DNA from: an uncultured Candidatus Peribacteria bacterium
GTDB lineage: Bacteria > Patescibacteriota > Gracilibacteria > UBA1369
Assembly: GCA_964424075.1 (NCBI GenBank)
Contig: CAYRGY010000005.1
Location: 48,424 to 112,423 of the forward strand
Direction: 5' to 3'
Length of the DNA stretch: 64,000 nucleotides
Position 1 is the stretch's first letter. Every line of letters starts with the position of its first letter. The position numbers were made by a program, and so were the translations under genes. This document shows positions 1-10,600 of the stretch, piece by piece. Under the pieces are notes generated by a model. That model ran no database searches and was not told where the DNA came from. It worked only from the letters and a program-made list of their open reading frames with translations.

Positions 1-562
1 CTCCCAAATACGTTAGCGGTGTCAGCACGAATACTGTGAAAATAGTAATATCGTCGAATTTCTTAGCATAAATCGCATTTATCATGCCTCCCAAGCCAAA
101 TAAAATTGCGGTAAGCACCATAAACAGCATTATCACTCCAAAGTTGTGCACCTCAGGCGCAGTAAAGAAAACCGATACCCCAAATACTAAAAGGCCCACC
201 AAGATTGCCCGCAAAACTCCACCACCTACATAGCCGGCAATTATGATCCAGGGCGGTACAGGCGCTACTAGCAACTCATCGATATTACGCATGAATTTTG
301 ATCCAAAGAATGATGCTACAACATTGGAAAATGAACCATTAATCACAGCCATCATCACCAAGCCGGGAACAATGAAAGCCATATAAGGCAGTCCCTCCAT
401 CAAACCGATTCGAGAACCGATGAAAGTTCCGAAAATTATAAAATATAAACTCTGGGTAATCACCGGAGGCAAAAGTGTCTGAGTCCAAATACGTAAAAAT
501 CTCGCCACTTCTTTGCGAAGAATTGTAGCTAACGCTGTCAGTTTTTCTTTCGAATGCGTCAT
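1..562 (-). CDS. ABC-2 type transporter permease (partial; 3-prime end runs off the window)
   Basis: Own translation of the minus strand from ATG 562-560 gives MTHSKEKLTALATILRKEVARFLRIWTQTLLPPVITQSLYFIIFG..., a multi-pass hydrophobic protein. ATGA start/stop overlap with the upstream ABC ATPase. Confidence 0.75.
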   Translation of the reverse strand, partial: MTHSKEKLTALATILRKEVARFLRIWTQTLLPPVITQSLYFIIFGTFIGSRIGLMEGLPYMAFIVPGLVMMAVINGSFSNVVASFFGSKFMRNIDELLVAPVPPWIIIAGYVGGGVLRAILVGLLVFGVSVFFTAPEVHNFGVIMLFMVLTAILFGLGGMINAIYAKKFDDITIFTVFVLTPLTYLG

Positions 563-1464
563 TTAAGTAAGCTTAAGAATAGTTGATCCATGCGATTATT
601 TTTCGGTTTTGCGTCAATAATATCTATTTGTTGCTGCCTTAGCGCCCCGGCCAAATCACTCAATGATTCATCACTGCGAATCTCTACTTCAGCCGTACTG
701 TCATCAACCGCCAAGACTTTAAAGCCCTTCACTTTATCACAGCCCGAAACTTTGTTCACAGTCAAAACATAGGTCTGACTTTCCAAAGAACGTAGCAAGT
801 TCTTCACACTATCATTAGCCACTATTTTACCATTCTTGATCATCGCTACATTTCGGCATAGCTGTTCCACCTCTTCCAAATAATGAGTAGTCAAAACTAT
901 TGTCACCCCCTCACGATTAAGCCCTTTAATATACTCCCAAGTTTCATATCTAAGCTCTACATCCACTCCGGCAGTCGGTTCATCCAAAAGTAGCAGCCGT
1001 GGTTTGTGAATAAGAGCCCTGGCAATCATTAAACGTCTTTTCATACCTCCTGAAAGTTCCATCGATTTAACATTTCTTTTATCCCAAAGATTAAGCTGTT
1101 TTAGAATTTCCTCCGTATTTTCCCTAGCCTCATGTCTTGGCATTCCATAATAACCTGCTTGTGTACAAACAATATCATTTACTTTCTCGAAAATACTAAA
1201 ATTCATTTCCTGAGGCACTACCCCAATAGCCCGCTTTGCTGCATCTGTATCCGCTAAGACATCATGCCCAAACACGCGCGCTGTCCCGGAAGTTATATGC
1301 AATAGCCCCGCCAACATGCCAATTACAGTGGTTTTTCCGGCTCCATTCGGTCCCAAAAGGGCAAAAAAGTCACCTTTTTCTACAGTCAGATCAATCCCGT
1401 CTACTGCCACAGGTCCATTTTTATATTTTTTGATCAGATTTCTGATTTCAATTGCTTTCATCAA
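559..1464 (-). CDS. ABC transporter ATP-binding protein (ABC-2 subfamily)
   Basis: 301-aa ORF with Walker A GPNGAGKTT, ABC signature LSGGMKRR and Walker B LLLLDEPT. Coupled to the downstream permease. Confidence 0.9.
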   Translation of the reverse strand: MMKAIEIRNLIKKYKNGPVAVDGIDLTVEKGDFFALLGPNGAGKTTVIGMLAGLLHITSGTARVFGHDVLADTDAAKRAIGVVPQEMNFSIFEKVNDIVCTQAGYYGMPRHEARENTEEILKQLNLWDKRNVKSMELSGGMKRRLMIARALIHKPRLLLLDEPTAGVDVELRYETWEYIKGLNREGVTIVLTTHYLEEVEQLCRNVAMIKNGKIVANDSVKNLLRSLESQTYVLTVNKVSGCDKVKGFKVLAVDDSTAEVEIRSDESLSDLAGALRQQQIDIIDAKPKNNRMDQLFLSLLK

Positions 1465-1557
1465 TGCGCATTAAGTTACCCATCTTATCAAAACGCGATC
1501 CCGAAACCAACTTAAAGTTTAAAAGGCGACAATCACTTGGACCGCCGCCTTTTTAAG

Positions 1558-1839
1558 TCATTTGTCGGTTTTTTCCTTGAAGAAATTTGACCGGATTCGA
1601 TTGTAGGAATTGAGCACCATCGACAACAGTGTCGAGAGCAAAACTCCAATCACCATCAACCGGAAAAATCCCAGCTCTTTCACCACTTTTTTAGTATTCA
1701 CCTCTTTAGCCATCTCCTGACTTGGCTCCTTTCTACGAGTAAATATGATCCAAAGATCAATCGTGGTTTTGATAATGATTATCAATGCCCCGATCAATTG
1801 AATCAAATCAATTAGCGCATCCTGACGGGGCAAACACAC
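1558..1839 (-). CDS. small hypothetical membrane protein
   Basis: 93-aa ORF with two hydrophobic segments and a non-ATG start. No recognisable family. Confidence 0.3.
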   Translation of the reverse strand: MCLPRQDALIDLIQLIGALIIIIKTTIDLWIIFTRRKEPSQEMAKEVNTKKVVKELGFFRLMVIGVLLSTLLSMVLNSYNRIRSNFFKEKTDK

Positions 1840-1920
1840 CTCCTTCCTGACTGCTTCAAACTTAACAAATCAACATTAATTCCAGCTTAAAAAATTATAA
1901 CTAAAAAATAAAAAAATAGT

Positions 1921-1950
1921 TTGACAACACCTAGTAAATTGCAGTATTAT
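1921..1950 (+). promoter_or_regulatory. sigma70-like promoter of the RND efflux operon
   Basis: TTGACA (1921-1926), 18-nt spacer, TATTAT (1945-1950), about 25 nt upstream of the ATG at 1975. Confidence 0.5.
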
Positions 1951-1974
1951 CGCCGCTAAAATTAATCGAGTTTA

Positions 1975-3717
1975 ATGAAGTCTTTAAGATTTTTGATCTA
2001 CTTACTGATCATAGGTGGAATCATCACTGCTGTAGTCTTCTATTTTATGTTTGGTCTAGTAGACGAAACCACCACTGACATACAAACTGATGCTACCGGC
2101 CAATCAGCCACAGAAGAGCAGGAACAAGTAAACAGCAACGTTTTACCGACTCTAGAAGTGATTACTGTCACTGCCACCGCTGAAACAATTTCTTATCTGG
2201 AAACGATTGGAACTGTAAAGTCCAAGGGCCAGGTGGAGGTATTCCCGCTTACAACTGCCACTGTAGATCGATTTTTAATTCAACCTGGAGATGAAGTAAT
2301 TGAAGGTCAGACTATTATACAGTTAAAAGGACCCAACAGCGCTTCTCATGCCAGTCAGCGCCAATTGGAATTGGCTGAAGAATCATTTGAACTGGCTAAG
2401 GCCAGCTATGACAATGCAGTCCGATCAGCTAAAACCGGCGAAAAGTCAGCGGAGTTGGCACTGGAAAGTGCAAAAAACCAAGCCAATGCTGTAGTTTACG
2501 ATTTACAACAATTGGATGAAAGCATTGTAGGAGTTAAAGATGGCATTAATACCCTGCAGAATTCACTAAACAACACTATCGACAAAAACCGTCGCGATCT
2601 GGCCAAGCAGCGCGAAGATATTGATCAAGTTATTTACGACATCAATGAAACGCAAAGCGAAAAGCGAAAATTATTGATTGAAATTGAAGATCTTGATGAT
2701 GACATTGATGATTTGGAGGATGATCTGGATTATATTGACTTTGAAGATCCTGAGTATGCGGAAATCCAAGCTGAATTGGGAGAAAAAAACGCGGAATTAA
2801 TGGCCGCCGAAGGGCAAATTGATGGTTTAAAAAAAGCTCTGGAAGGACTATATACTGCATTGGATAACGCAAAATACGGCTATCAAACGACTGTTAATGC
2901 TCTTAAGCTATCTGAAAATCAATTGGTTAGTACGCTTCAGCAATCTCAAACTCAAGTCAATACACTGGAAATTCAAAAACAAGGAACCGCAACCCGACTA
3001 GGATATGACGGCCTGACCACTGACGCCTTGCAATTGGCTCAAGAAAGTTATCGCAATACTTTAATCCAACTTGATTCGTCACTTGATCAGGCTGCAGGTC
3101 AACTTGCTCAAGCCAGTATTAATTATCAAATTGCCAAAGCCAACGCCGATTATCTCAATGTTCGTGCTCCCAGCTCCGGAATTGTCACTGAATTAAATGT
3201 TGATGAAGGAGATTTGGTTAGTCCGCAAAGCATGTTAACTGAAATTGTTAATGTTAAAGATTATCAACTGGAAGTAGGTGTTGATATCGAAAGTGCCGAA
3301 AATATTATTCCGGGAACCGAGGCTCTGGTTAATCTGACAGGTAATAAATTTATCAAGGCTCCTGTAGTCAGCGTTTCACCAACTGCTGATAATCAGACTA
3401 AGCTAGTAACTGTTACAGTTAAACTTCCCACAATTTTCTTCCGTAACAATCAAACTATGGATGTGCGTCTGCCTGTTTCACTCGGCTCAGACAGCGGCTC
3501 ACTTTATATTCCTCTTGATGCAGTTACAATCGGTACTCAGGAAACCTGCGTTTTCATTGAAGAGGACGGTTTAGCTCGCAAGCAAGCAGTTATCTTAGGT
3601 GATATCAACGGTGAACTGGTAGAAATTACAGATGGATTAACCCGCAATGATCAAATCATTATTGGTGGTGCCAAGGAGCTGGTCGATGGTCAGCAGGTCA
3701 AAGTAATTGAATCTTAA
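1975..3717 (+). CDS. efflux RND transporter periplasmic adaptor (HlyD/AcrA-type membrane fusion protein) with an unusually long coiled coil
   Basis: 580-aa ORF with an N-terminal TM helix, a long heptad-like region including the acidic run IEDLDDDIDDLEDDLDYIDFEDPEY, and a lipoyl-like motif VRAPSSGIVTELNVDEGDLV. Its stop overlaps the pump start. Confidence 0.8.
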   Translation: MKSLRFLIYLLIIGGIITAVVFYFMFGLVDETTTDIQTDATGQSATEEQEQVNSNVLPTLEVITVTATAETISYLETIGTVKSKGQVEVFPLTTATVDRFLIQPGDEVIEGQTIIQLKGPNSASHASQRQLELAEESFELAKASYDNAVRSAKTGEKSAELALESAKNQANAVVYDLQQLDESIVGVKDGINTLQNSLNNTIDKNRRDLAKQREDIDQVIYDINETQSEKRKLLIEIEDLDDDIDDLEDDLDYIDFEDPEYAEIQAELGEKNAELMAAEGQIDGLKKALEGLYTALDNAKYGYQTTVNALKLSENQLVSTLQQSQTQVNTLEIQKQGTATRLGYDGLTTDALQLAQESYRNTLIQLDSSLDQAAGQLAQASINYQIAKANADYLNVRAPSSGIVTELNVDEGDLVSPQSMLTEIVNVKDYQLEVGVDIESAENIIPGTEALVNLTGNKFIKAPVVSVSPTADNQTKLVTVTVKLPTIFFRNNQTMDVRLPVSLGSDSGSLYIPLDAVTIGTQETCVFIEEDGLARKQAVILGDINGELVEITDGLTRNDQIIIGGAKELVDGQQVKVIES

Positions 3718-6700
3718 TGTCAAAACAGCAGCAACAATTTGAGTCTTCTGATTCTCTCTATTTAAATCAATTGAAATTTCGACCCGCAGATCGAAAGACT
3801 TTCATGAACTATTTGCTCACTAATTTTCGAGTTGTTGTATTGGCAATAATCGCCATTTTCGTAATTGGTATTTACTCCTTCACACTTCTCCCTCTTGAAT
3901 CAAATCCGGAAGTGAAAATTCCCTTCGGCATAGTATCCGTAGGATTACCCGGAGCTTCACCGGCTGATGTTGAGGAGTTAATTATTAAAAAATTGGAAGA
4001 TGATATTGTTAATCTGGAGGGAGTTAAAGAAGTTACTGCCGGAGCCTCAAATTCTTTTGCTTCCATCGGAGTAGAATTCCAAGCAGACCAGGATCTTAAA
4101 GAGTCAGTACGCAAATTGCGTGACGCGGTTGATAACGCAAAATCTGATTTACCGGAAGACGCCAGCGATCCCATAGTTACTCAGGTTAATTTCAGTAATT
4201 CGCCGGTCTGGATTATGGTAATGAATGGCCCATATGACAACTTCACTCTCAGACGCTACGCCGAAGTTGTTGAAACAGAACTGGAAAAGCTTCCCGGCAC
4301 CAATGATGTCCAAATCAATGGAGGTGACATTGCCGAGCTTAGAATCAGTATTGATCCAGCCAAATTAGAGCTTTACGGTCTTACAACTACTCAAGTTCTC
4401 AATGCAGTTCAATCCAATAATCTAACTTTTCCGCTAGGCTCAATCGAATTATCTAATTTTACCTATACAGTCAGAATGGAAAATAAATTCCTGACTGCAT
4501 CCGATCTTCGCAAGCTTCCTATTCTCAATTCCAATGACCAAATTGTCCGTCTTCAGGATGTAGCCACTGTGCTGGAAATGGCTTCAGATAGAGATGTTAT
4601 TAATCGCCTTTCTGTGGATGGTAATCCTACACAAAACGCCGTAACCATCAACGTTCTCAAAAAGTCGGGCGAATCAATCATTGAATTAATTGACTCCGGC
4701 AAACTTAAATTGGAAGAATTACAAGCTATCCAATTACCACAGGATATCGAATTTGCCACAATCCTGGATGAATCCGACTTCATTCGTTCAGACTATTACG
4801 GCTTACAAAGAGACGGTCTGACCACGATTATCCTGGTTACAATTGTACTCTTTCTTTTTGTGGGACTCAAAGAAGCATTTGTCGCCGGCATCACTATTCC
4901 TATGGTTTTTGCTGCCACTTTTGCCTTAATGAATATTTTTGGCATCACACTAAACTTTCTTTCCTTATTCTCATTAATCCTGGCCCTTGGACTGCTGGTA
5001 GATGATGCCATTGTAGTTGTCCAGGCCTCCAAACAATATTTGCGTACAGGCAAATTCACTCCGGAAGAAGCCGTGCTTCTGGTTTTTAGAGACTTCAGAG
5101 CACTAATTTTGACAACATCTCTGACTACGGTTTTCGCTTTTGGCCCGCTACTTCTTTCTACTGGAATTATTGGACAATTTATCCGCTCCATCCCTTTGAC
5201 AGTTTCCATGACACTGATTTCTTCTACCGCCATGGCAATTTTCATTAATCATCCAATGGTAGCAGTGTTTGAACGCATCAAGCCTAATCGTGCCATCTTC
5301 AAAATCGCCAGTGCAATTCTTTTGATTCTATTTGTTTTAATACTTATCCAGGCTCTTACAGCTCCTTCATTACTGATGCTGATTCTGCTGTTTATAGTCG
5401 GTGCCATTAATTTAGGGTTACTCATTTGGTATCGTGGCTCACTTCGTAAAAAACTGATTGAGAATGAACAGTTGATGCTGGAAGAGTTGGCTGATCCTGA
5501 GCAAATGAAGGCCAGTATTCATGAAAAATACTTAAGCGAACGGGCTAAAAACAGTTTCTGGAACAAAATTACTCAAGGAGTTGTCAAAATGGATCGCATA
5601 CTCCCCTATTATGAAAGCTTTCTGCGAGGTACATTACGCAGCGGATTCAAGACATTCATTGTTTTGTTTATCACGTTTTTACTATTTGTCGGAGCAGTTT
5701 ATCTACCGGCAGCCGGTATTTTAAAGTCAGAGTTCCTCCCTCCTGCAGACTATGAATTAATGTATATCAATATTGAAGGTCCACCCGGACTGATTACTGA
5801 GGAAACCGAAAAAATCGTTCGACAGGTGGAAGAAATTTTAATTAAAGAGCCCAATATTCAAGCTTTTCAAAGTGTTGTCGGTAGCTCCGGAATTAGCTTC
5901 AGTGAAGGTGGAACGTCGGGTTCATCAGCCGGTCAAAGTAATTATGCCCAAATTTTAATCGATTTATATCCTCAAGAAGATCGGCCGGAACCAATTAAAT
6001 CTTACATATATTCCGGACAACTGCGCGCAAAAATCAAAGATATTGAGGGAGCTAAAATTGAAGTGCAGGAATTGTCAGGAGGACCGCCGACCGGAGCAGA
6101 TTTCGAAGCTAGTTTTCGCGGAGAAGACTTAGATGAACTTGAGCAAACTGTCAATTACTACAAAGATCTCTTAGCTGAAATTCCGGGGACAGTTAATGAA
6201 AGAGCCTCGCTTACTCTTAGTCCCGGAGAATTTAGTTTTGAACTTAAACCAGACAAGCTTCAGCTTCACAACATCACTGCAGCACAAGTTGCCTCCACCA
6301 TTCGCACCGCCCTTTCCAAAACCGAAGTGACTAAGGTGCTCAAAGACGGAGAAGATATTGAAGTAATCGCTGATTTTGAGGATGACTCCATCCCCAATGT
6401 CAATGCTATCAAAAACCTTCGCTTGATTAACAATCGCGGACAAATATTCACAATCAGTGATGTAGCAGATGTCACTCTTGGTTCAGCTTTAACCAACATT
6501 TCCCGCGTCGACCAAAAGCGAGTAATTAATCTTTCCGCAGCCGTAGAAGCACCTGCACTTCCACCCGAAGTACTGACAGAATTTCAGAGAATCACCGAGC
6601 AAGACCCCCCACCAGCTGGCATCGAAATTGTTTATGGCGGGCAAAATGAAACCAATACCGAGTCAATCATCTCAATTCTGCAATCTATGGTTCTGGCATT

Positions 6701-7259
6701 TATCCTGATTGTAGCAACTTTGGTTATTCAATTTAATTCTTTCCGCAAAGCCGTGCTAGTTCTAGCTACAATTCCTCTGGCCATTACCGGAGTGTTTTAC
6801 GGCTTAACCATCGCCAACTTCACACTATCTTTTCCGGCTTTAATCGGAGTCTTAGCGCTCTTTGGAATTGTTGTGAAAAACGCTATTATTTTGATTGATA
6901 AAATTAATTTAAATCTTCGTGTCGGCATTCCTTTTCAAGACGCCATTGTCGACGCATCTAAATCCCGATTGGAAGCCATTTTCTTAACTTCGATCTCCAC
7001 AATTATTGGTATGATCCCCATTACTTTGAACAATGAAACTTGGGAAGGAGTGGGGGCGTCTTTGGTTTTCGGTCTATCAACCTCAACTTTACTTACTTTG
7101 ATTGTTATACCAACACTTTACAACATATCTTTCCGCAATTCAGCCGAGCGTGATGAGAAGTTGAGAGAACTAAAACGCGATTATCGCAAGCGCAAAAAGG
7201 AGGAAACACTGCGTAGTGATCATCTGGCGAAATTGAATCCAAAATTGGTGCAAAAATAG
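3717..7259 (+). CDS. RND family efflux transporter permease (AcrB/AcrD/AcrF family)
   Basis: 1180-aa ORF with two 6-TM halves and large loops. AcrB-like TM4 motif LALGLLVDDAIVVV and its second-half counterpart GIVVKNAIILID. Confidence 0.9.
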   Translation: MSKQQQQFESSDSLYLNQLKFRPADRKTFMNYLLTNFRVVVLAIIAIFVIGIYSFTLLPLESNPEVKIPFGIVSVGLPGASPADVEELIIKKLEDDIVNLEGVKEVTAGASNSFASIGVEFQADQDLKESVRKLRDAVDNAKSDLPEDASDPIVTQVNFSNSPVWIMVMNGPYDNFTLRRYAEVVETELEKLPGTNDVQINGGDIAELRISIDPAKLELYGLTTTQVLNAVQSNNLTFPLGSIELSNFTYTVRMENKFLTASDLRKLPILNSNDQIVRLQDVATVLEMASDRDVINRLSVDGNPTQNAVTINVLKKSGESIIELIDSGKLKLEELQAIQLPQDIEFATILDESDFIRSDYYGLQRDGLTTIILVTIVLFLFVGLKEAFVAGITIPMVFAATFALMNIFGITLNFLSLFSLILALGLLVDDAIVVVQASKQYLRTGKFTPEEAVLLVFRDFRALILTTSLTTVFAFGPLLLSTGIIGQFIRSIPLTVSMTLISSTAMAIFINHPMVAVFERIKPNRAIFKIASAILLILFVLILIQALTAPSLLMLILLFIVGAINLGLLIWYRGSLRKKLIENEQLMLEELADPEQMKASIHEKYLSERAKNSFWNKITQGVVKMDRILPYYESFLRGTLRSGFKTFIVLFITFLLFVGAVYLPAAGILKSEFLPPADYELMYINIEGPPGLITEETEKIVRQVEEILIKEPNIQAFQSVVGSSGISFSEGGTSGSSAGQSNYAQILIDLYPQEDRPEPIKSYIYSGQLRAKIKDIEGAKIEVQELSGGPPTGADFEASFRGEDLDELEQTVNYYKDLLAEIPGTVNERASLTLSPGEFSFELKPDKLQLHNITAAQVASTIRTALSKTEVTKVLKDGEDIEVIADFEDDSIPNVNAIKNLRLINNRGQIFTISDVADVTLGSALTNISRVDQKRVINLSAAVEAPALPPEVLTEFQRITEQDPPPAGIEIVYGGQNETNTESIISILQSMVLAFILIVATLVIQFNSFRKAVLVLATIPLAITGVFYGLTIANFTLSFPALIGVLALFGIVVKNAIILIDKINLNLRVGIPFQDAIVDASKSRLEAIFLTSISTIIGMIPITLNNETWEGVGASLVFGLSTSTLLTLIVIPTLYNISFRNSAERDEKLRELKRDYRKRKKEETLRSDHLAKLNPKLVQK

Positions 7260-7280
7260 CAATTATGCTAGAATTGCTAC

Positions 7281-7547
7281 ATGCCGAATAATGAATATAC
7301 CAAACAAAACCTCCTTCAGTTGCTGGAACATTCCGGAGCTTATAAAAAGCTTTCACCGGAAAAAAAGCAGTCTATTCAAAAGCATCTCGACAGCAACAAT
7401 AAGCCGGTTTTGATGTATATTTATTATCAACTGCTCAAGGAACAGCAAATCAGTCAAAAAAATCGTGATAAATTAGCCAAAAAAATCATCAAGGCCGAAG
7501 ATAAATACTCTGATTCCATTAAAGACAGATTCTCCGGGCAATCCTAG
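7281..7547 (+). CDS. hypothetical protein (88 aa, Lys/Gln-rich)
   Basis: ORF only; no motif recognised. Confidence 0.35.
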   Translation: MPNNEYTKQNLLQLLEHSGAYKKLSPEKKQSIQKHLDSNNKPVLMYIYYQLLKEQQISQKNRDKLAKKIIKAEDKYSDSIKDRFSGQS

Positions 7548-7577
7548 TCCAAAACTCTTTTAATTAAAGCCAACAAA

Positions 7578-7586
7578 TGCTATAAT
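7578..7586 (+). promoter_or_regulatory. extended -10 element upstream of the giant ORF
   Basis: TGcTATAAT at 7578-7586, 22 nt upstream of the ATG at 7609. Confidence 0.4.
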
Positions 7587-7608
7587 AATTAGATTTAAAT
7601 TATTAAGT

Positions 7609-10600
7609 ATGCTTTTTAGAAGTAATTGGAAAAATCCACAAGTAAGCCTTTTGGCTTCCCGACTGGCATATTTCCATAATCCCAACACTCCGAAACGTTT
7701 TCAGACCCTTATCAAAGGTCAGGACATCAGCGATCAATACAAGGATAATCGTGAATGGCGCAAAAAGGCTCTCATGGATGACATTCATGACCAGTCCCTG
7801 CACATTAAGTCTAAAGAGGATATTACCAACTATTTTAAGGGTAAAGCTGAAAAAAGATCAAAAGAAGGTCTGAATTGGGCAATGTATCAGTTGAAATTCC
7901 AGGACAACGGTACCCGAGTGACCATGGACCAGCTACTCAACGACTCCAGTACCAATGTCGATGCACAAAAACTGCTTGATGAAACCAAAGCGATTTTGGA
8001 GCAGGAAATTGAAGCTGCGGTTGAAGAGTATTACAAAGATCGTACCGCTAATGTCAACCAAACAGTACAGGATTTGGGAATAGTACCTCCAAGCCCGGAA
8101 GATGTACCGGCTGAAACCAGCAATCCTCATTCAGAAGTGGTGCGCAGAGCGATTGAAAGACGAAGAGAAATTCATGCTCAAGGCCAGGAACGCCGACGTG
8201 AATTTAATACTTGGTCCTATCAGCATGATGCAAATCAAATCCGCGAAGCAACTAATCCCAAAGGTCCCAACGATGAAATTGGCACCTATGATCGTTGGTG
8301 GAGTGATAGCCCTGAATCAGCTACCCGCCATCGCTTGAATGGTTATTTGTTTGCTCTCTATCACATGAATGGTGGTGGTGTGGAAGGCCAGGAAGCTTGG
8401 CAAGGAGGCTTCGATAAAGCTGTGGAATTGGCCTCTACCGGCGATAGGTTGATTTTTAAAAAATCGAAAAACTTGTTTAGCCGGGTTTTCAAAATGAAAG
8501 AATTAATGTCTATGATCGGAGAATCTTCTCTTTCAGCTGAACAGGCTAAGGAATACTCCGATTCAGAGGAGGTCAAGGGAATGATGATTTCCATGATGGC
8601 AATCGCTGAAAAACAACTCAAGCCATATGATAAAGAGCTTCAGGAATATCGCAATCATCTCTATTCTAAATTTGATGAGGTCAAACAATTCAAGTTTGAT
8701 AACACACTTGATGATGAATCCAGAGCAGCCAAACAATTAGACGTTCTCTTCAGAATTAAGGCCCCATTTGAGTATTTCGGGGACAATCTTGAAATGCAGC
8801 CTAATTTTGAGAGTCATCTCCGCTATATTGAAGATATTACTGATCCTAAAACCGGTGGAGTCGAAGTGAACGGTAAAAAATTCCGCATCAATGACTATGC
8901 CGCAGAAGGCTACCTTTATGATTCTCAAGAAACCGAGGACAAAAATCGAAATCTATTCCAAGGCTATTTACTGGGAACTTATATTTTTTACGGTCAAAAT
9001 TCCCATGGTCTTGACCAGGTGCATCACAAATATGCCTATGTTAAAAAACAAGTAGTTGATCCAACTTGGTATAACGTTCTGGACGACGAATCATTCCGAG
9101 CGGGAGTTTTTGATGAAGGCCAATATTCAGATTATACCCAAAACTCTAAGCATATTCGCATTAAGTTTGCCATCGCGACGCTTTTTAACATGACTGACTC
9201 ACCCGATGGCTTCAATTTGCAGCACATGTTCAAGGGTGATCGTAAAAAACAACGTGATTACCGCACCTATTTAGAGAAAAAAACTGCCGAGTTTGATCCG
9301 AATCAGGATGAGGAAACTCAACTTCGCATGTTGGCTACCATAAAAGGTCCTGATGATTTCGAAAAAGTTCCTGAGCGCGACGATGAAAAACCATTCCTGG
9401 AAGATATCCACAAATTAACTGAGCAAAACCGCTATTTCCGCTTCCAAGAACAATCCAAGCTTTTTGACTATCTAAAGCGAGGAGTAATGGCTCCATACCC
9501 CAATATTCAGGCTGTAGAAGCTCAGGTGGCTAAACAGACACATGATTATTACAATCAACGCAGCGTGAAAATCCCACATGAAATCAATGGGCGATTTGAT
9601 TATCTCAAAAAGCTAAATGATGCTTTGAAAGACAAAGGACTCGATGCGGAGAGAATGAAAGATTTAGAAAGACAGTCTCGAGATGTAAAGCGCAAATTAC
9701 GTGATCAGGCCGGGATTACCGGGCACAATAATCTTAAAGATATACTCGACTCTGGCCATATGAAAAACATGGAAGAAGTTGAATCCGCCAATTACAAATT
9801 AGTTGAGCAATTGGACCAGGAAATAGCCAGATTGAGTTCAAAAGAGCATCTCGGTGAGGAAGATCCGGTTGCACCTGTAGCTCCGGAGGATCCCTACCAC
9901 AAAGAATGGCCAAATGCTCGTGAAGTGGAGTCATATTTCAAGGATTATGTCGGACCACTCAAAGTCAACACCCATTCCAGTCGCTCCTTGATTACTCGGG
10001 ACGCCAACGGAAAATTTACCGGCAAAACTCTACGTAATGGGACAACGGTGACCCGAGGAGTGGACGATGCTACAGTAAAAGCTAAACAGGTTCACAATAC
10101 AGTCTTTATTCAAATAACCCACGATGGCCAGAAATATTGGGTATCGGAAGAATGCTTGGAATATCCCCAAGCTGAATCCGGTCCAAAACCGGTCCCACCG
10201 GGCCCCGGACCATCTCCAGGACCATCTCCAGGACCATCTCCAGGACCATCTCCAGGCCCAGAGCCAGGGCCGGAACCGGCTCCGGAAGTTATTCCTACCG
10301 GAACTGAAACTATGTCGATTTATGATGCTATTCTGGTGCGTGCCACTAATGAAACTGCCACTCCGCCATACAGAACTAATTTAAGATTACGCATCAATGA
10401 CAAAATTAGTAATTCAGTTATCCAAAAGCATAGTGATGGAAGCTACTCACTTAGCTATAACATTGCCGATATTTCAGGGCAGAAGGTGTATAGAAGCCTG
10501 GAAGAGATGAAAGCAGCCTTGGAAGAAGGAAAATTCTATCAGGATGTTCACATTGAAATCCTTAGAAATAAAGCAAAGTGGGAAGTTCATGATTCCAAAT